A stretch of 64,000 nt of DNA from Octopus sinensis (Eukaryota): NCBI RefSeq assembly GCF_006345805.1, contig NC_042999.1:22382001-22446000 (forward strand), read 5' to 3'. How positions within the stretch are numbered: the stretch's first letter is position 1; every line of letters begins with the position of its first letter. The notes beneath the pieces were generated by a model. That model was not told the DNA's origin and made no database searches. It saw nothing but the letters and a program-made list of their open reading frames with translations. A program made the position numbers and the translations under genes. Shown piece by piece: positions 1 to 12,609 of this stretch.

Positions 1-70
1 TGAAAGACTTGCTCTGCCATTTTCAAAATTGTTGCTAATTAGTATTTAACTGATATATATATATTATATA

Positions 71-122
<52 letters not shown>

Positions 123-384
123 ATGTACGTATTGCTATATATATATATATACGCACAACACATGCATACATGCGTGTACATATATGCATATACTTGAAAC
201 ATGCAAAACTTTAGGAAGGACATCCGTATGGCTGCGTATATATCCGTATATATAATATATGCATAATATATGAGTGCGTATATATATGTGTATACTTTTT
301 ATATGTATGTATGTGTATATATATATGAGAGTAAATCATTAGACGCGCATGCTTCTAGTGAGTTAGGATCCCAGAAAAACAGGG

Positions 385-456
385 TCTCACTGAAGAATTC
401 TCCCTGAGCAAATAAATTATCTTTATTGATGAAAAGAAAGAAACTGCAGTCTGAGA
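385..456 (+). ncRNA. Type I hammerhead ribozyme motif (PLE pLTR-type)
   Basis: tctca-CTGAAGA-(ttct...agaa stem II)-GAAA-ctgcag-TC-tgaga. Stem I is tctca/tgaga, stem III is the palindrome ACTGCAGT, and the cleavage triplet is GUC. Confidence 0.7.
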
Positions 457-852
457 ATTACCGGTTTAGTAAATGTTTTTATCTTCATTTCACTTAATTT
501 ATCAAGCTTCTGTATTCCTAGCACATATTTCGCCTTAATGTACTGATATATGAAAAATATATGGCTTGTGTTAGTAATACCAGCGATTATAATTATTTTT
601 ATTTTATCGCAATTTGATTTGTTTATATATATATATATATGTGTTTGTGTGTGTGTATATATATATACATATATATACATACATGCATATATATACACAC
701 ATACATACATTTATATATATATATATATATATTCAAGATTGTGTGAATCCATTATATATCTATCTATATATTATACTGTATATTTGGATATATATATATA
801 TACAAACGTGAATATGTATTATATAGTGCGAGTATGTATCCATATATACAAT

Positions 853-915
<63 letters not shown>

Positions 916-1419
916 GTATATCTGTATACATATGTATGTGTGTGAGTTTATAAGTAAGTATGCATAAAGAAGTCATATATTTCTTGTTATAGGCATTTTC
1001 ATATCGAGTTCATTATTCATTTCCTACAGCCAAGCAAGAAACTCATGCATACATACACACAAACGCATATATACATACACCCAAACGCATACATGCATAC
1101 ATACATACACACAAAACGAGCTCAGAATACATACGTAGGTACGTACGTACATACATCCGTGTTTTTAGTGCGTTTATTGACGTGAAGGCATTTTACAGCA
1201 TTCTTAGACCTTTAACTAATATTAACATTTATATGTCATCTTTATATTGTGCTTGTATATGTGCAGGTACAAATGTATATGCACTTATACGCATACACAC
1301 ATGCACACGTACACAAACATATATACGTATATGCATGTTTAAGCTTATATATAAATATATATATTAAACTATATATGTATGTGTGTATAGATATATATTC
1401 ATACGCATATATAGAATTA

Positions 1420-1960
1420 CAAACACATACATATATATTTATAAACACATATATATTATAAACACATACATATATATTTATAAACACATTATATATATTA
1501 TAAACACATACATATATATTTATAAACACATACATACATGCATAGATGCACACATATCGGTATACACGTACGTATACGCATGCTTATGCTTATATATAAA
1601 TATATATATTAAAATATATATGTATGTGTGTGTAGATATATATTCATATGCATATATAGCATTATAAACACATACATATATATTTATAAATATATCATAT
1701 ATATTTTAAACACATACATATATATTTATAAACACATACATATATATTTATAAACACATACATATATATTTATAAACATTTCATATATACTATAAACACA
1801 TACATATATATTTATAAACACATACATATATATTTATAAACACATACATATATATTTATAAACATTTCATATATACTATAAACACATACATATATATTTA
1901 TAAACACATAGATATATATTATAAACACAAACATATATATATATTTATGAACACATACAT
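1420..1960. repeat. AT-rich minisatellite, ~22-bp unit (tatttataaacacatacatata)
   Basis: Unit visibly reiterated with variants. Confidence 0.8.
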
Positions 1961-2673
1961 GCATAGATGCACACATATCGTTATACACGTACTTATTGAA
2001 CGTTACAAGCCTGGGTTCACAAGAAACGGAATTTTTTCAGCCTCGTATGCAATTTACCTGTTAACATTTTCTGATTCTGCAGAGCAGGTCATTTATATCA
2101 ATTTTATTTCGTGTGAGCGTGTGCGCGTGTGTGCGCGCGTGTGTGTGTGTGTGTGTGTGTGTGTGAATTCGCAAACTTGAAATTTGGTATTCGGGAAAAT
2201 ATGAGAAAACGAGAAAACAGAAAGTTGCGTTGGATTTTTTTTTTTTTTTTTCCCTTCCGAATTGTCTTTAAATTTTATTTTCATCTACTTTGACAGAGTT
2301 CATTGATTTTTCCGCATGACTGTTTCGTTTTAAAAGCAAATATACATTTAAGTATGTCTCGGGTTATGTCGATTGAGGACACATTAAAAGAAATAATTTG
2401 TGGGGAAACTGGCGCACACATAAACATGCAACAATATATTCTATTCTTTTCTTCTTTTATTTATTTCAGTCATTTGACTGCGGCCATGCTGGAGCCCCGC
2501 CTTTAGTCGAACAAATCGACCTTAGGATTTATTCTTTGTAAGCCTAGTATTTATTCTATCGTTCTCTTTCGCCGAACCGCTACGTTACGGGGATACCAAC
2601 ATCGGTTGTCAGGCGATGATGGGAGAGGGACAAACACATATAAATGATATGCATAACATATATATATATATAA

Positions 2674-2704
<31 letters not shown>

Positions 2705-2857
2705 ATATATATATTATATATATATCTAATAAGTTCAGCAAAAATTAGATTCAAATGAATATGGTTCTTAATTTAGATGCACCAGAATTTTGAATGGTGT
2801 TAACCATAAAATCCGTGGGGTGATTATAATCAAAATAAGCAACAAGAATGACTCCGG

Positions 2858-2950
2858 TAATTTGGTATGATCGTTTCGTACTACATAATTTTATTAAATG
2901 TTGTAAGTATTACAACAGATTTAAGATGATGAGTACTCATCAGCCAATTA
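2858..2950 (-). ncRNA. Type I hammerhead ribozyme motif in PLE 3' region
   Basis: Minus strand: taattgg-CTGATGA-gtact...agtac-GAAA-cgatca-TA-ccaaatta. Stem III is one substitution away from the palindrome ACGATCGT. Confidence 0.7.
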
Positions 2951-3529
2951 TAGAGGTTTTCCATTAATGAAAAAATTTTCAAATCAAGTGGCAACATTAT
3001 AGAGAATGTAGATATATAGACAAAGATGTGGATTTAAATGTTAAAAACATATGAGGTAGTAGAGTCCACTGACTGACTACAATCTGGTTGTTCTGACTGC
3101 TATAAGGTTAGAAGCAATAAAGATTTTTTAATTGTAGAAATGGGGTAAAGGGGGTTTCAGAACTCCATAAAAGAATTCATGTTGGCGACAGCAATTGCCA
3201 CTAACAAATGTCAATTACTGCTATTTGATGAGAGAACTAGGTCAATGTTAAATGGTCCCAATACCATTCACAGAAAATGTAATTTAGAGAAAAAAGGGAG
3301 AAAAAGCTATCACTTATTATTATGAGTAGGCATAGTACTTTTTAATTGGTGGAAGGTCTTATTAATTTTAAAGCTAGATTAATTTTAGAAAAAAATTCAA
3401 TTTCAAGTTTGCAGAGAAGTTTTTATAGTCATCTATGAATGTTAAATAGAAAGCCAAAATCGGTATATTTCTTCTTATTTGATTACAAAGAATTAAAATT
3501 TGAAAAATATAGGAATACTCATAAAATTA

Positions 3530-3975
3530 TTATTTAAAGTATTTAAACGTTCGGGTTGTGCAATGTATACAAGATAATCTCAACTCAAGACGGTTATTCA
3601 ATAGATTTGTATTACTCTGATGTTTTAAAATTTCATAAGTTTCCTTAGAACAAAGTTGACAACCATCCCTACTATTTCTATAAGGTTGCGCCCTTCTAAC
3701 TATATCCCATTTTAGGTTGAATTCTATATTATTTGTTTTTAGTTCCCAAATCTTGCTAGATAGTGTTGTGCAACCAGCCTTATGTCTGAGTCTAAAAGAG
3801 GAAAAATGATTGTTAAGACGTCTTTTAAGATCCACCGAACAACCGAAATAAAGAAAGCTATTGCTAGAAGTTATTATTGTGCATTTATAAATTACGTTTT
3901 GGACCGAACAACGACCGGATACCGGACATTTTGATCTAATCCTACAATTACAACTGGGGGGGGATAGTGTCCGGT
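3530..3975 (-). pseudogene. PLE GIY-YIG endonuclease domain
   Basis: VIY...YFG...KRRLNNH...CQLC..E motifs. Joined to the upstream Asn-rich frame (3892..4272) by an apparent frameshift in the G8 run at 3956-3963. Confidence 0.85.
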
Positions 3976-4268
3976 ATTAGAATTATTTAAGGACAGTTCA
4001 CTTTCATTACTGTTATTAAAATTATTATTAGTATTAGTATTATTTTCAGTATTAGTAATCACGTTATTATACAAATTAGGCTTACTAGTTATTAATCCAT
4101 CCTCACCATCATCACCTACCATACTTTTATTTATACTATCTATATCATTGGTAATGTTATTATCACTATTTGCATCAATGTTGTTATTATTTTTATTATT
4201 ACCATTATTACCAAATATATATATATTACATACATAACACACACACAATACACACACACACACACACA

Positions 4269-4314
<46 letters not shown>

Positions 4315-4836
4315 TTGTTAATATTATTATTTAATTGAACGCCACGCACCCATTTCCAAGTATATATACGGACGGGCCTCTCTCGCTTTCCGCCTAGCAA
4401 ATCCACTCACAAAGATTTGGTCAGCCCGTGGCTATAGAAAAAGACACGTGCCCAAAGTGCCACGCAGTGGGAGTGAACCTAGAACCCTGTGGTTGCAAAG
4501 CAAGTTTTTTACTACACAACCACGCCTGCGCCTATAAACATACATATACATACATATTATATATATACAATCTGTTATATTTTACTTTTTCAGTCATTAG
4601 ATTACGACAATGCTGGAACACCGCCTGACAGAATTTTTAAAAGAATGAATCGACACCAGTACTTATTTAACTGAGCTCTTTTACCGAACCGCTAATCTAT
4701 GGGTACGTAAACGAAGCAACACAGGTTGTCGGGCGGTGGTGAGGACAAAAAAAGACAGAAAGAGACACACGCACATATAGACATGCATACCACACTCACA
4801 CACACACTCAAACACCACACACACACACACACACAT

Positions 4837-4913
<77 letters not shown>

Positions 4914-5531
4914 ATATATTTATATATATATATATGATATATATTTATATTTATATATAAATACAAAATGGGACAAGAACGCAAAACATCCAGAGAGTTA
5001 GATGATACGAGAAAGGGACAACTAAACATCCAGATAGATGATACAAAGAAAACAAGGGCGGGTCATTCGGAGTCTTCTTTCGTCAGTCGAGTTCCACATT
5101 ATCTTTGCAATTTTATATACACATGACGGGATTCTTTCAGATTCCGCTTACCGAATCCACTCATTAGGCTTTGGTAAGCCCAAGGTTATAGGAAGAGACA
5201 CTTACACGAGATGCCACCCAGTTTGACTGAACCTGGAACCATGTGGCCAGGAAGCAAGTTTCTTACCACACAGTCACGTGCTTTTAACACAGCGAACTGG
5301 CAGAATCGTTAAACATACCGGACAAAATACTTTCTGCCATTTCGCTTATCTTTATGTTCTGAGTTCAAATTTCGCCGAGGTTGACTTTCCCTTTTATCTT
5401 TTCGGGATCGATAAAATAAGTATCAGTCGACAACTGGGGTCGATGTAATCAACTAGCCCTAACCTGAAGTTACTGGCCATGTGCCAAAATTTGAAACCAA
5501 TATATATATTGGTATATATATAAATATATAT

Positions 5532-5590
<59 letters not shown>

Positions 5591-5593
5591 ATA

Positions 5594-5753
5594 GGCGTAG
5601 GAGTGGCTGTGTGGTAAGTAACTTGCTTACCAACCACATGGTTTCGGTTCAGTCCCACTGCGTGGCACCTGGGTAAGTGTTTCTACTATAGCCGCGGGCC
5701 GACCAAAGCCTTGTGAGTGGATTTGGTAGACGGAAACTGAAAGAAGCCCGTCG

Positions 5754-5814
<61 letters not shown>

Positions 5815-6024
5815 GTGTGTGTGTGTGTGCGTGTTGTGTGTCTGTGTTTGTCACCCCAACATCGCTTGTGTGTTTACGTCCTCGTAACTTAGCCGGTTCG
5901 GCAAAAGAGACCGATAGAATAAGTACTGGGCTTACAAAGAATAAGTCTCGGGGTCGATTTGCTCGACTAAAGGCGGTGCCCCAGCATGGCCGCAGTCAAA
6001 TGACTGAAACAAGTAAAAGGGAGT
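5594..6024 (+). mobile_element. tRNA-derived CORE-like SINE with internal microsatellite (family A)
   Basis: Head ggcgtaggagtggctgtgtggtaag, B-box-like ggttcagtccc, CORE-like gtggcaccttgggcaagtgtctt, internal (AT)/(GT) tract and conserved 3' half ending gaaacaagtaaaag. More than 15 copies in the window. Confidence 0.85.
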
Positions 6025-6049
6025 ATATATATATATATATATATATATC

Positions 6050-6262
6050 GTTAATGGTAAATGTTTTTGATTTTCACTCTCGATGAATTTATCCCTTTTT
6101 GTGTCTCTAGCACTAGGCTTCCTTATTTGGGAGCCCTTTATTATATTTTTATTATATTTATATAAATATAATAAAGGGCTCCCAAATAAGGAAGCCTAGT
6201 GCTAGAGACACAAAAAGGGATAAATTCATCGAGAGTGAAAATCAAAAACATTTACCATTAAT
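6050..6262. repeat. Near-perfect ~95-bp inverted repeat around an AT spacer
   Basis: 6050-6147 is the reverse complement of ~6166-6262. Confidence 0.9.
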
Positions 6263-6268
6263 GATATA

Positions 6269-6346
6269 TCCCAGACTGATCAGTTTCTACCTATTTCTAG
6301 CAAAACAGACAGAATATGTTTGCCAAGGCATGGTTCATCAGCGGGA
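6269..6346 (-). ncRNA. Type I hammerhead ribozyme motif
   Basis: Minus strand: tcccg-CTGATGA-acc...ggta-GAAA-ctgatcag-TC-tggga. Stem III is the palindrome ACTGATCAGT, with a GUC triplet. Confidence 0.75.
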
Positions 6347-7292
6347 CGCCTTTGCTAATTCTAGATGCACAGAGCGTTAGACCATGTGTCGATCTAACAA
6401 TTTGTAAATCTTAACTTTTATTATATTTCTATATGAATAATATTTTTCTATATGAATAATATTTTGTCTAATGACTAATTCGTCTTTTGTGCTAGGCCAC
6501 TGGTAATAATAATCTATGTTATTACCCTTTTTGATTATATTCACATATATATATATATATTTATAAACAAAATTGAACACACATACACAAGGTGTGTGTG
6601 CGTTGTTAGTTCATGGGTCGGCTGTGTTTTAGGAGCAAGAGACTAAATTCTCAATGCACCTGGTGCTAAAAATACCTGAAAGTATGTCATAGGCAAGGGA
6701 GAAAGCTCACGTCAGGTTCCTTCTCAGAGTGACATTGATGTTTATATATATAAACATATATTTCTTTCTGCCATTCTCTCTCATCTCTGTGTATTTTGTG
6801 GGGAGTATATGTGTAGGGAACACATTCCATTCTCATACGTTTTCTTTACCGCTCCATACCTTCACATGCATACATATAGAAATATACCTTCACTACTAGC
6901 AAAGGAAAAATTTCGTTCACACGTAGGACAAAATATTTAGCGGCCATTTCAAAATTCCACCTAGTCGACTTGCCGTTCATTTTCCGTGATCGATAAAATA
7001 AATATCAGTTGAGCGCTGGGGTCGATGTAATAGACTAGCCCTTACCTCCCAAATTCCAAGCCTTATTCCTGCAGTAGAAATAATTATTAGCGACACAAGT
7101 AGTAAAAATTAGGGATTTGTACACATAAATGAACATACATAAATGCACGCAAACACACACACACACACAAACATACATACATACCATACATACATAGATA
7201 CATACATACATACATACATATATATATATATATGTGCTATATATGTATACTATGTCAACATATATAAATATATGTATAAATAATATATGTAG

Positions 7293-7323
<31 letters not shown>

Positions 7324-7325
7324 AC

Positions 7326-8390
7326 ATATAGTCATTTAGGGTAGCAAAAAATTCAATAGAAATTTATCGCAACCAGCGCCTGGTAAAAAGAGAAAATAGC
7401 ATCGACTAAATATATAAATATAACGATTTAGGAGTGACCCCAACAGGTCACTCGTCCACCAGAAAGAGCAGCCATACTCACACCGCCAAGTATTATTAAT
7501 TCAGAAATTAGGTGAAAATTTAAAATTTAAAATTTATATTTAGTCGATGACTATTTTCTCTTTTTCACCAGGCCGCTGGTTGCGATACATAATTTCTATT
7601 GAATTTTTTGCTACCCTAAATTGACTAATTGTAACTGAATAATTTGAGATTGAATCGGACAGTTTATATTTTACTGTTGATAAGTTTGGCCGCGAATACG
7701 TCAGTCTTGAATATTTTTAAGTCAGATATCCCGTATCGATACAGACCTCGTGTATATTTGTCTCCCCAGTCTTATGATGATAGTGTAACCTATATAGTTG
7801 GCTTAATTTAATGTAATAAGCTAATTTAATATATACAGAAACGTGACGCTAAAGATGAATAGGGTAAAGTTTTTAAATTTTCACCTAATTTCTGAAATTA
7901 ATATACTGTGAGTTATGGCTGCGCTTTCTGGTGGACGAGTACCTGTTGGGGTCATCCATATCGTTATATTTATATATTTAGTCGATGACTATTTTCTCTT
8001 TTTCACCAGGCCGCTGGTTGCGATAAATTCTATGAATTTTTTGTACCCTATGACTAATGATATTTTTGAATAATCTGAGATTGAAGGGCAGTTTATATTT
8101 ACTGTTGATAAGTTTGGCGCGGAATACGTCATCTTGAATATTTTAAGTCAGGATCCCGTAGGCTTCGATACAGACGCCTAGTGTATATTTGTCTCTCCCA
8201 GGTCATACTGATGAAGTGTAACCTATGGTAGATTGTAATAATTAATTAGCTAATTTAACATTAATGAATACGTCTAAAAGATGAATTAGGTAAATTTTTA
8301 AATTTTCACCTTCTGAATTAATATACTTGGCGGTGTGAGTTATGGCTGCTCTTTCTGGTGGACCCGTGACACTCCTAAATCGTTATATAT
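7326..8390 (+). mobile_element. ~440-bp tandem unit (two copies) preceded by an inverted partial copy; each unit has a degenerate HHR; flanked by (AT)n
   Basis: 7533-7972 repeats at 7972-8390, and 7326-7533 is its reverse complement. HHR cores: TGATGA 7775 and GAAA 7838; CTGATGA 8208 and gaatacGTC 8266. Confidence 0.7.
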
Positions 8391-8405
8391 ACTATATATA
8401 TATAC

Positions 8406-8442
<37 letters not shown>

Positions 8443-8448
8443 TATACG

Positions 8449-8496
<48 letters not shown>

Positions 8497-8511
8497 TATA
8501 TATATTTATAT

Positions 8512-8563
<52 letters not shown>

Positions 8564-8845
8564 GATATAGATATAGGAGATAGTATATATATATATGATA
8601 TATATATATATAATAAAACCCAGTCGCCATTTTCCAACTCGAACGTTCTTCCAGTAATCAACCTCCCAGTAGAAATGTATTGGAAAGATTTACGGATGAT
8701 ATAATTTCCTTTGAAGTTTAATTAAGGTCACATAATTATAAATCATTATGGAAACAGTAAACTGGTTGCAAATATTTCAAATTACCATTTTTGATTTGTC
8801 TACGAAATTTCACCACGAAAATCTTTAAATTGTTAATATTGCTTA

Positions 8846-8886
<41 letters not shown>

Positions 8887-8982
8887 TGCTCTATGAACTG
8901 TTAACAGCTGATCATTATGATAAGTATATTACCTTATATGTGTGCGTATGTGAGTGCCTGCTTGTGTAGGCGTGCGTATATA

Positions 8983-9389
8983 TTCTTTACTGTTTTACTT
9001 GTTTCAGTCATTTGACTGTGGCCAAGCTGGAGCACCGCCTTTAGTCGAGCAAATCGACCCCAGGACTTATTTTTTGTAAGCCTTGTACTTATTCTATCAG
9101 TCTCTTTTGCCGAACCGCTAAGTTACGGGGACGTAAGCACACCAGCATCGGTTGTCAAGCGATGTTGGGGGGACAAACACAAACACACAAACATATACAC
9201 ACACACATACATATATATATATATACGATGGGCTCCTTTCAGTTTCCGTGTACCAAATCCACTCACAAGGCTTTGGTCAGCCTGAGGCTATAGTAGAAGA
9301 CAGTTGCCCAAGGTGCCGCGCAGTGGGACTAAACCCAGAACCATGTGGTTGGTAAGCAAGCTACTTACCACACAGTCACTCCTCCACCT
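8983..9389 (-). mobile_element. CORE-like SINE family A, full length
   Basis: Reverse complement of the 5594-6024 family. Confidence 0.85.
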
Positions 9390-9504
9390 ATGTGTGCTTA
9401 TAATTAGAGATTTAGGCTGCAGTTTGTTGATGGTCATCATATTCATTTCAGCCATCGTTCTTCATCTTCTTGTGCTCGAAGGATCATTCGTATCTAGCTT
9501 TAAA

Positions 9505-9760
9505 AGCTTGTTCTGTTGTGTCTGAGAAGAGTCATTATCTTCTGCTGCCTTATAATGTAACACGCTCACCGGTAAAATTTCCACTTATTTCTTATTTTCA
9601 TTTTCCTAAAATTTTCGTTGCGTCTTGCAACCTTTTCAATAGTCTTGACTTTTAAGAAAGTAAAAATAAGAAATAAGTAGAAATTTTACCGGTGAGTGTG
9701 TTAAATTATAAAGCACAAAAAGAAAATGACTCTCCCCAGACACAACATAATATGCTTCAA
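9505..9760. repeat. Diverged ~105-bp inverted repeat (unclassified family)
   Basis: ctcaccggtaaaatttccacttatttcttatttt versus aaaataagaaataagtagaaattttaccggtgag. Confidence 0.7.
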
Positions 9761-9899
9761 CAAACGAACTCATATAAAGAATCTTGCAAACCAAATCCAA
9801 AAACGAAATTTAAAAGCTTGTTTTATCATGGCTTCAAATTTTGATACCGACAGTTTTTCATAGAAGGAGATAAGTCGTTTACTTGAATCCCACAGCATG

Positions 9900-10570
9900 A
9901 CTGTTATTTGTTTCATCGACCCCGAAATGATAAAAAGCAATGTCGACTTCGGCGTAATTTGAACTCAGAACGTAAAGATAGACGAAATGCCGCTGAATAT
10001 TTTACCCGGCGTGCTAACGATTTCGCCAGCTCACCGTCTTTAAATCAAAAACTTATTATTGCTTTCAAGTTCTGGTTAAAGGCCAGCAAGTGGGAGTGGG
10101 GGCTAAGTTGATTACAGCAACCGCCAGTGCTCAACTGGTACTTATTCTATCTACTTCGAAAGCATGAAAGGCAAAGGTGATCTCGGAGAAATTTGAACCG
10201 AAAACAAATGATGTGCCGCTAGGTATTTTGCCCGGCGAGTTAATGTTTCTTATTTCTTTATTGCCCACAAGGGGCTAAACATAGAGGGGAAAAACCAGGA
10301 CAGACAAAGGGGTTAAGTCGATTACATCGACCCCAGTGCCTAACTAGTACTTAATTTATCGACCCCGAAAGGATGAAAGGCAAAGCCGACCTCGGCTGAT
10401 TTGAACTCAGAACGTAATGGCAGACGAAATACAGCTAAGCATTTCGCCTGGCGTGCTAACGTTTCTTATTTCGTTATTGCCCACAAGGGGCTAAACATAG
10501 AGAAAACAAACAAGGACAGACAAAGAGAATAAGTCTATTACATCGACCCCAGTGCGATTACATCGACCCC
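9900..10570 (-). mobile_element. Cluster of Meta-domain SINE copies (family B)
   Basis: Repeated atcgaccccgaaaggatgaaaggcaaagtcgacctcggcggaatttgaactcagaacg. Confidence 0.8.
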
Positions 10571-10704
10571 ATATTAAAAATGACGAAATTTGTAAAATAT
10601 TTAAGAGGTGATAAATATAATTTTCTTAAATTCCTTTTTATTTTGGCATTTTTATTTACATCCTCATATTCTCATTAGCAACAGTCATCATGCAAACTCT
10701 AAGG

Positions 10705-10859
10705 TCTGGCTGTGTGGTAAGAAGTTTGCTTCTCAACCACATTGTTCCAGCTACAGTCCCACTGTGTGGCACCATGGGCAAGTGTCTTCTACTATATCGT
10801 CGGGCCGACCGAAGCCTTGGTAGACGGAAACTGAAAAGAAACCTGCCGTATGTGTGTGT

Positions 10860-10909
<50 letters not shown>

Positions 10910-11115
10910 TGTGTATGCTTGTCCCTTCGACACCGCTTGACAACCGGTGTTGTGTTTACATCACCGTAACGTAGCGGTTCGGCAAAAAAGACCGATAAAA
11001 TAAGAATTAGGGTTTTAAAAAAATACATCTTGGGATCGATTTGTTCGACTAGAACCTTTCAAGGCGGTGCCCCAGCATGGCCGCAGTCAAATGACTAAGG
11101 CAAGCAAAAGATAAA
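10705..11115 (+). mobile_element. CORE-like SINE family A
   Basis: Same head, CORE-like segment and tail, with internal (GT)n. Confidence 0.8.
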
Positions 11116-11699
11116 AACAATACCTCGCAGTTTCAGAAGAAGTACACCATCACAATTTTCTTCAGCACTTTCTTCAGATTAAACATGTCGGTATTTCATG
11201 ATATTTCATATTTTTGAATTATTAACAATTTACAGACCTTTTAGAGAAGGAAAAAGTGAAGATTATAGAAGCACTTTAAAATTTCAAGTAGAAAATAAAT
11301 ATTTTAATTTGAATGAAATACAATAAATATTTAGCCGAAATACAATAAAATAAGAATGCTTTAAAGAAAATCAAAGAATTATTAAGAATTATTATTCATT
11401 TTGAAAAAGCGTCTTAAGTTAAACAAAGAGTATTTCAGTAAATTTTCAGACAGACTTAATCTCAGCTGAAAAAAAAAAGATGTTTCCAATTTTATAAAAT
11501 ATGAAGAATTTCTTACTTTTCACCCTAAAATTTCAAATACTTCAATGTTAAACTCAATAATGGAAAGGGCATTGGATATGTATACATGTATGTATGTATG
11601 TATGTATGTATGTATGTGTATGTGTATGTATGTATGTATGTATGTATGTATGTGAGTGTATACGTGTTTGTATGTATGCATTATGTAAGTATGTATGAT

Positions 11700-11882
11700 A
11701 CAAGGCTCTATGTTTGGAATGTAGTTAACACAGACAAATTCACATTTGGAAATTGAGAAAATTCTTGCATATTTTTATTGTTCCACTCACAGATTGCACT
11801 TGTGCGAATCAGAAGGTCAATTTCTCTTTCTGAAAATCCCAGTTTATCCAGATTCTCCTTTAAGCATTTACTAACAAAACCT
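11700..11882 (-). pseudogene. R4/Dong-type non-LTR retrotransposon 3' fragment (C-terminus of restriction-like endonuclease)
   Basis: GFVSKCLKENLDKLGFSEREID, near-identical to the 40140-40400 fragment. Its 3' end abuts (TACA)n. Confidence 0.6.
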
Positions 11883-12072
11883 GTGTGAGTGGCTGTGTGG
11901 TAAGTAATTTGCTTACCAACCACATGGTTCCGGGTTCAGTCCCACTGCGTGGCACCTTGGGCAGGTGTTTGTCTTCAATCTATACCTCAGCCGACGACCA
12001 AAGCCTTGTGAGTGGATTTGGTAGACGGAAACTGAAAGAAGCCCATCGTATATATATATGTATATATATATA

Positions 12073-12305
12073 CCACTTGATGTGACCCTCGGGCGTCAGT
12101 CTGCCGATTGGCATCGTCGTGTGGAGTCATGCTACCACGTAGTACGTCTTTGTTTCTTAATGCTTCTCCCTTGTTCGTCAATATTTGCGATGGCTGAAAC
12201 GAAGGAACAGCGTGCTTCCGTGAAATTCTGTTTTCTCTTGAGGAAAACGGCGGCCAAAACAGTTGTCATGCCTTAAGCAAAACACAAGTTTACATGTAGT
12301 TTTCA
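12073..12305 (+). pseudogene. Mariner transposase N-terminal fragment
   Basis: MAETKEQRASVKFCFLLRKTAAKTVVM resembles the mariner HTH start (EQRxxIKFCFxLGKT). Confidence 0.7.
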
Positions 12306-12307
12306 CT

Positions 12308-12605
12308 GGCACTCCTTCGGTTACGAAGACGGGGGTTAGGTTTTAGTTGATATGATCAGCGGAACAGCCTGGTCGTGGATTTAACCTGCAAGTGGCTGAG
12401 CACTCCACAGATACGTCTACCCTTAAAGTAGTTCTCAAGATTTAGCTTGACATAGAATATGACAAGGCTGGCCCTTTGAAATACAGGTAGAACTCATTTT
12501 CACCAGTTAAGCGAAATAAAGAACACAGCTCGTCGCTAGGTATCGAAATCACGACCTTACAATCGTGAACTGAATAACCTAACCACTTAGCAGCGCGCCT
12601 TCACT
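12308..12605 (-). mobile_element. tRNA-derived SINE family C (V-domain-like), degenerate
   Basis: Shares the tail caagtggctgagcactccacag...gttctc with the copies at 31770, 36745 and 49410. Confidence 0.75.
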
Positions 12606-12609
12606 AAGC

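Larger units (their letters stand above)
2725..4215 (-). mobile_element. 5'-truncated Penelope-like element: Asn-rich linker, Zn-finger, GIY-YIG endonuclease and 3' region with HHR, inserted in (AT)n
   Basis: Reading upstream of track ORF 3530..3835 in frame gives PSCNCRIRSKCPVSGRCSVQNVIYKCTIITSSNSFLYFGCSVDLKRRLNNH...CQLCSKE. This is the CxCR-CP-GxC linker plus VIY-YFG (GIY-YIG) typical of PLEs. Both flanks are (AT)n. Confidence 0.85.
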
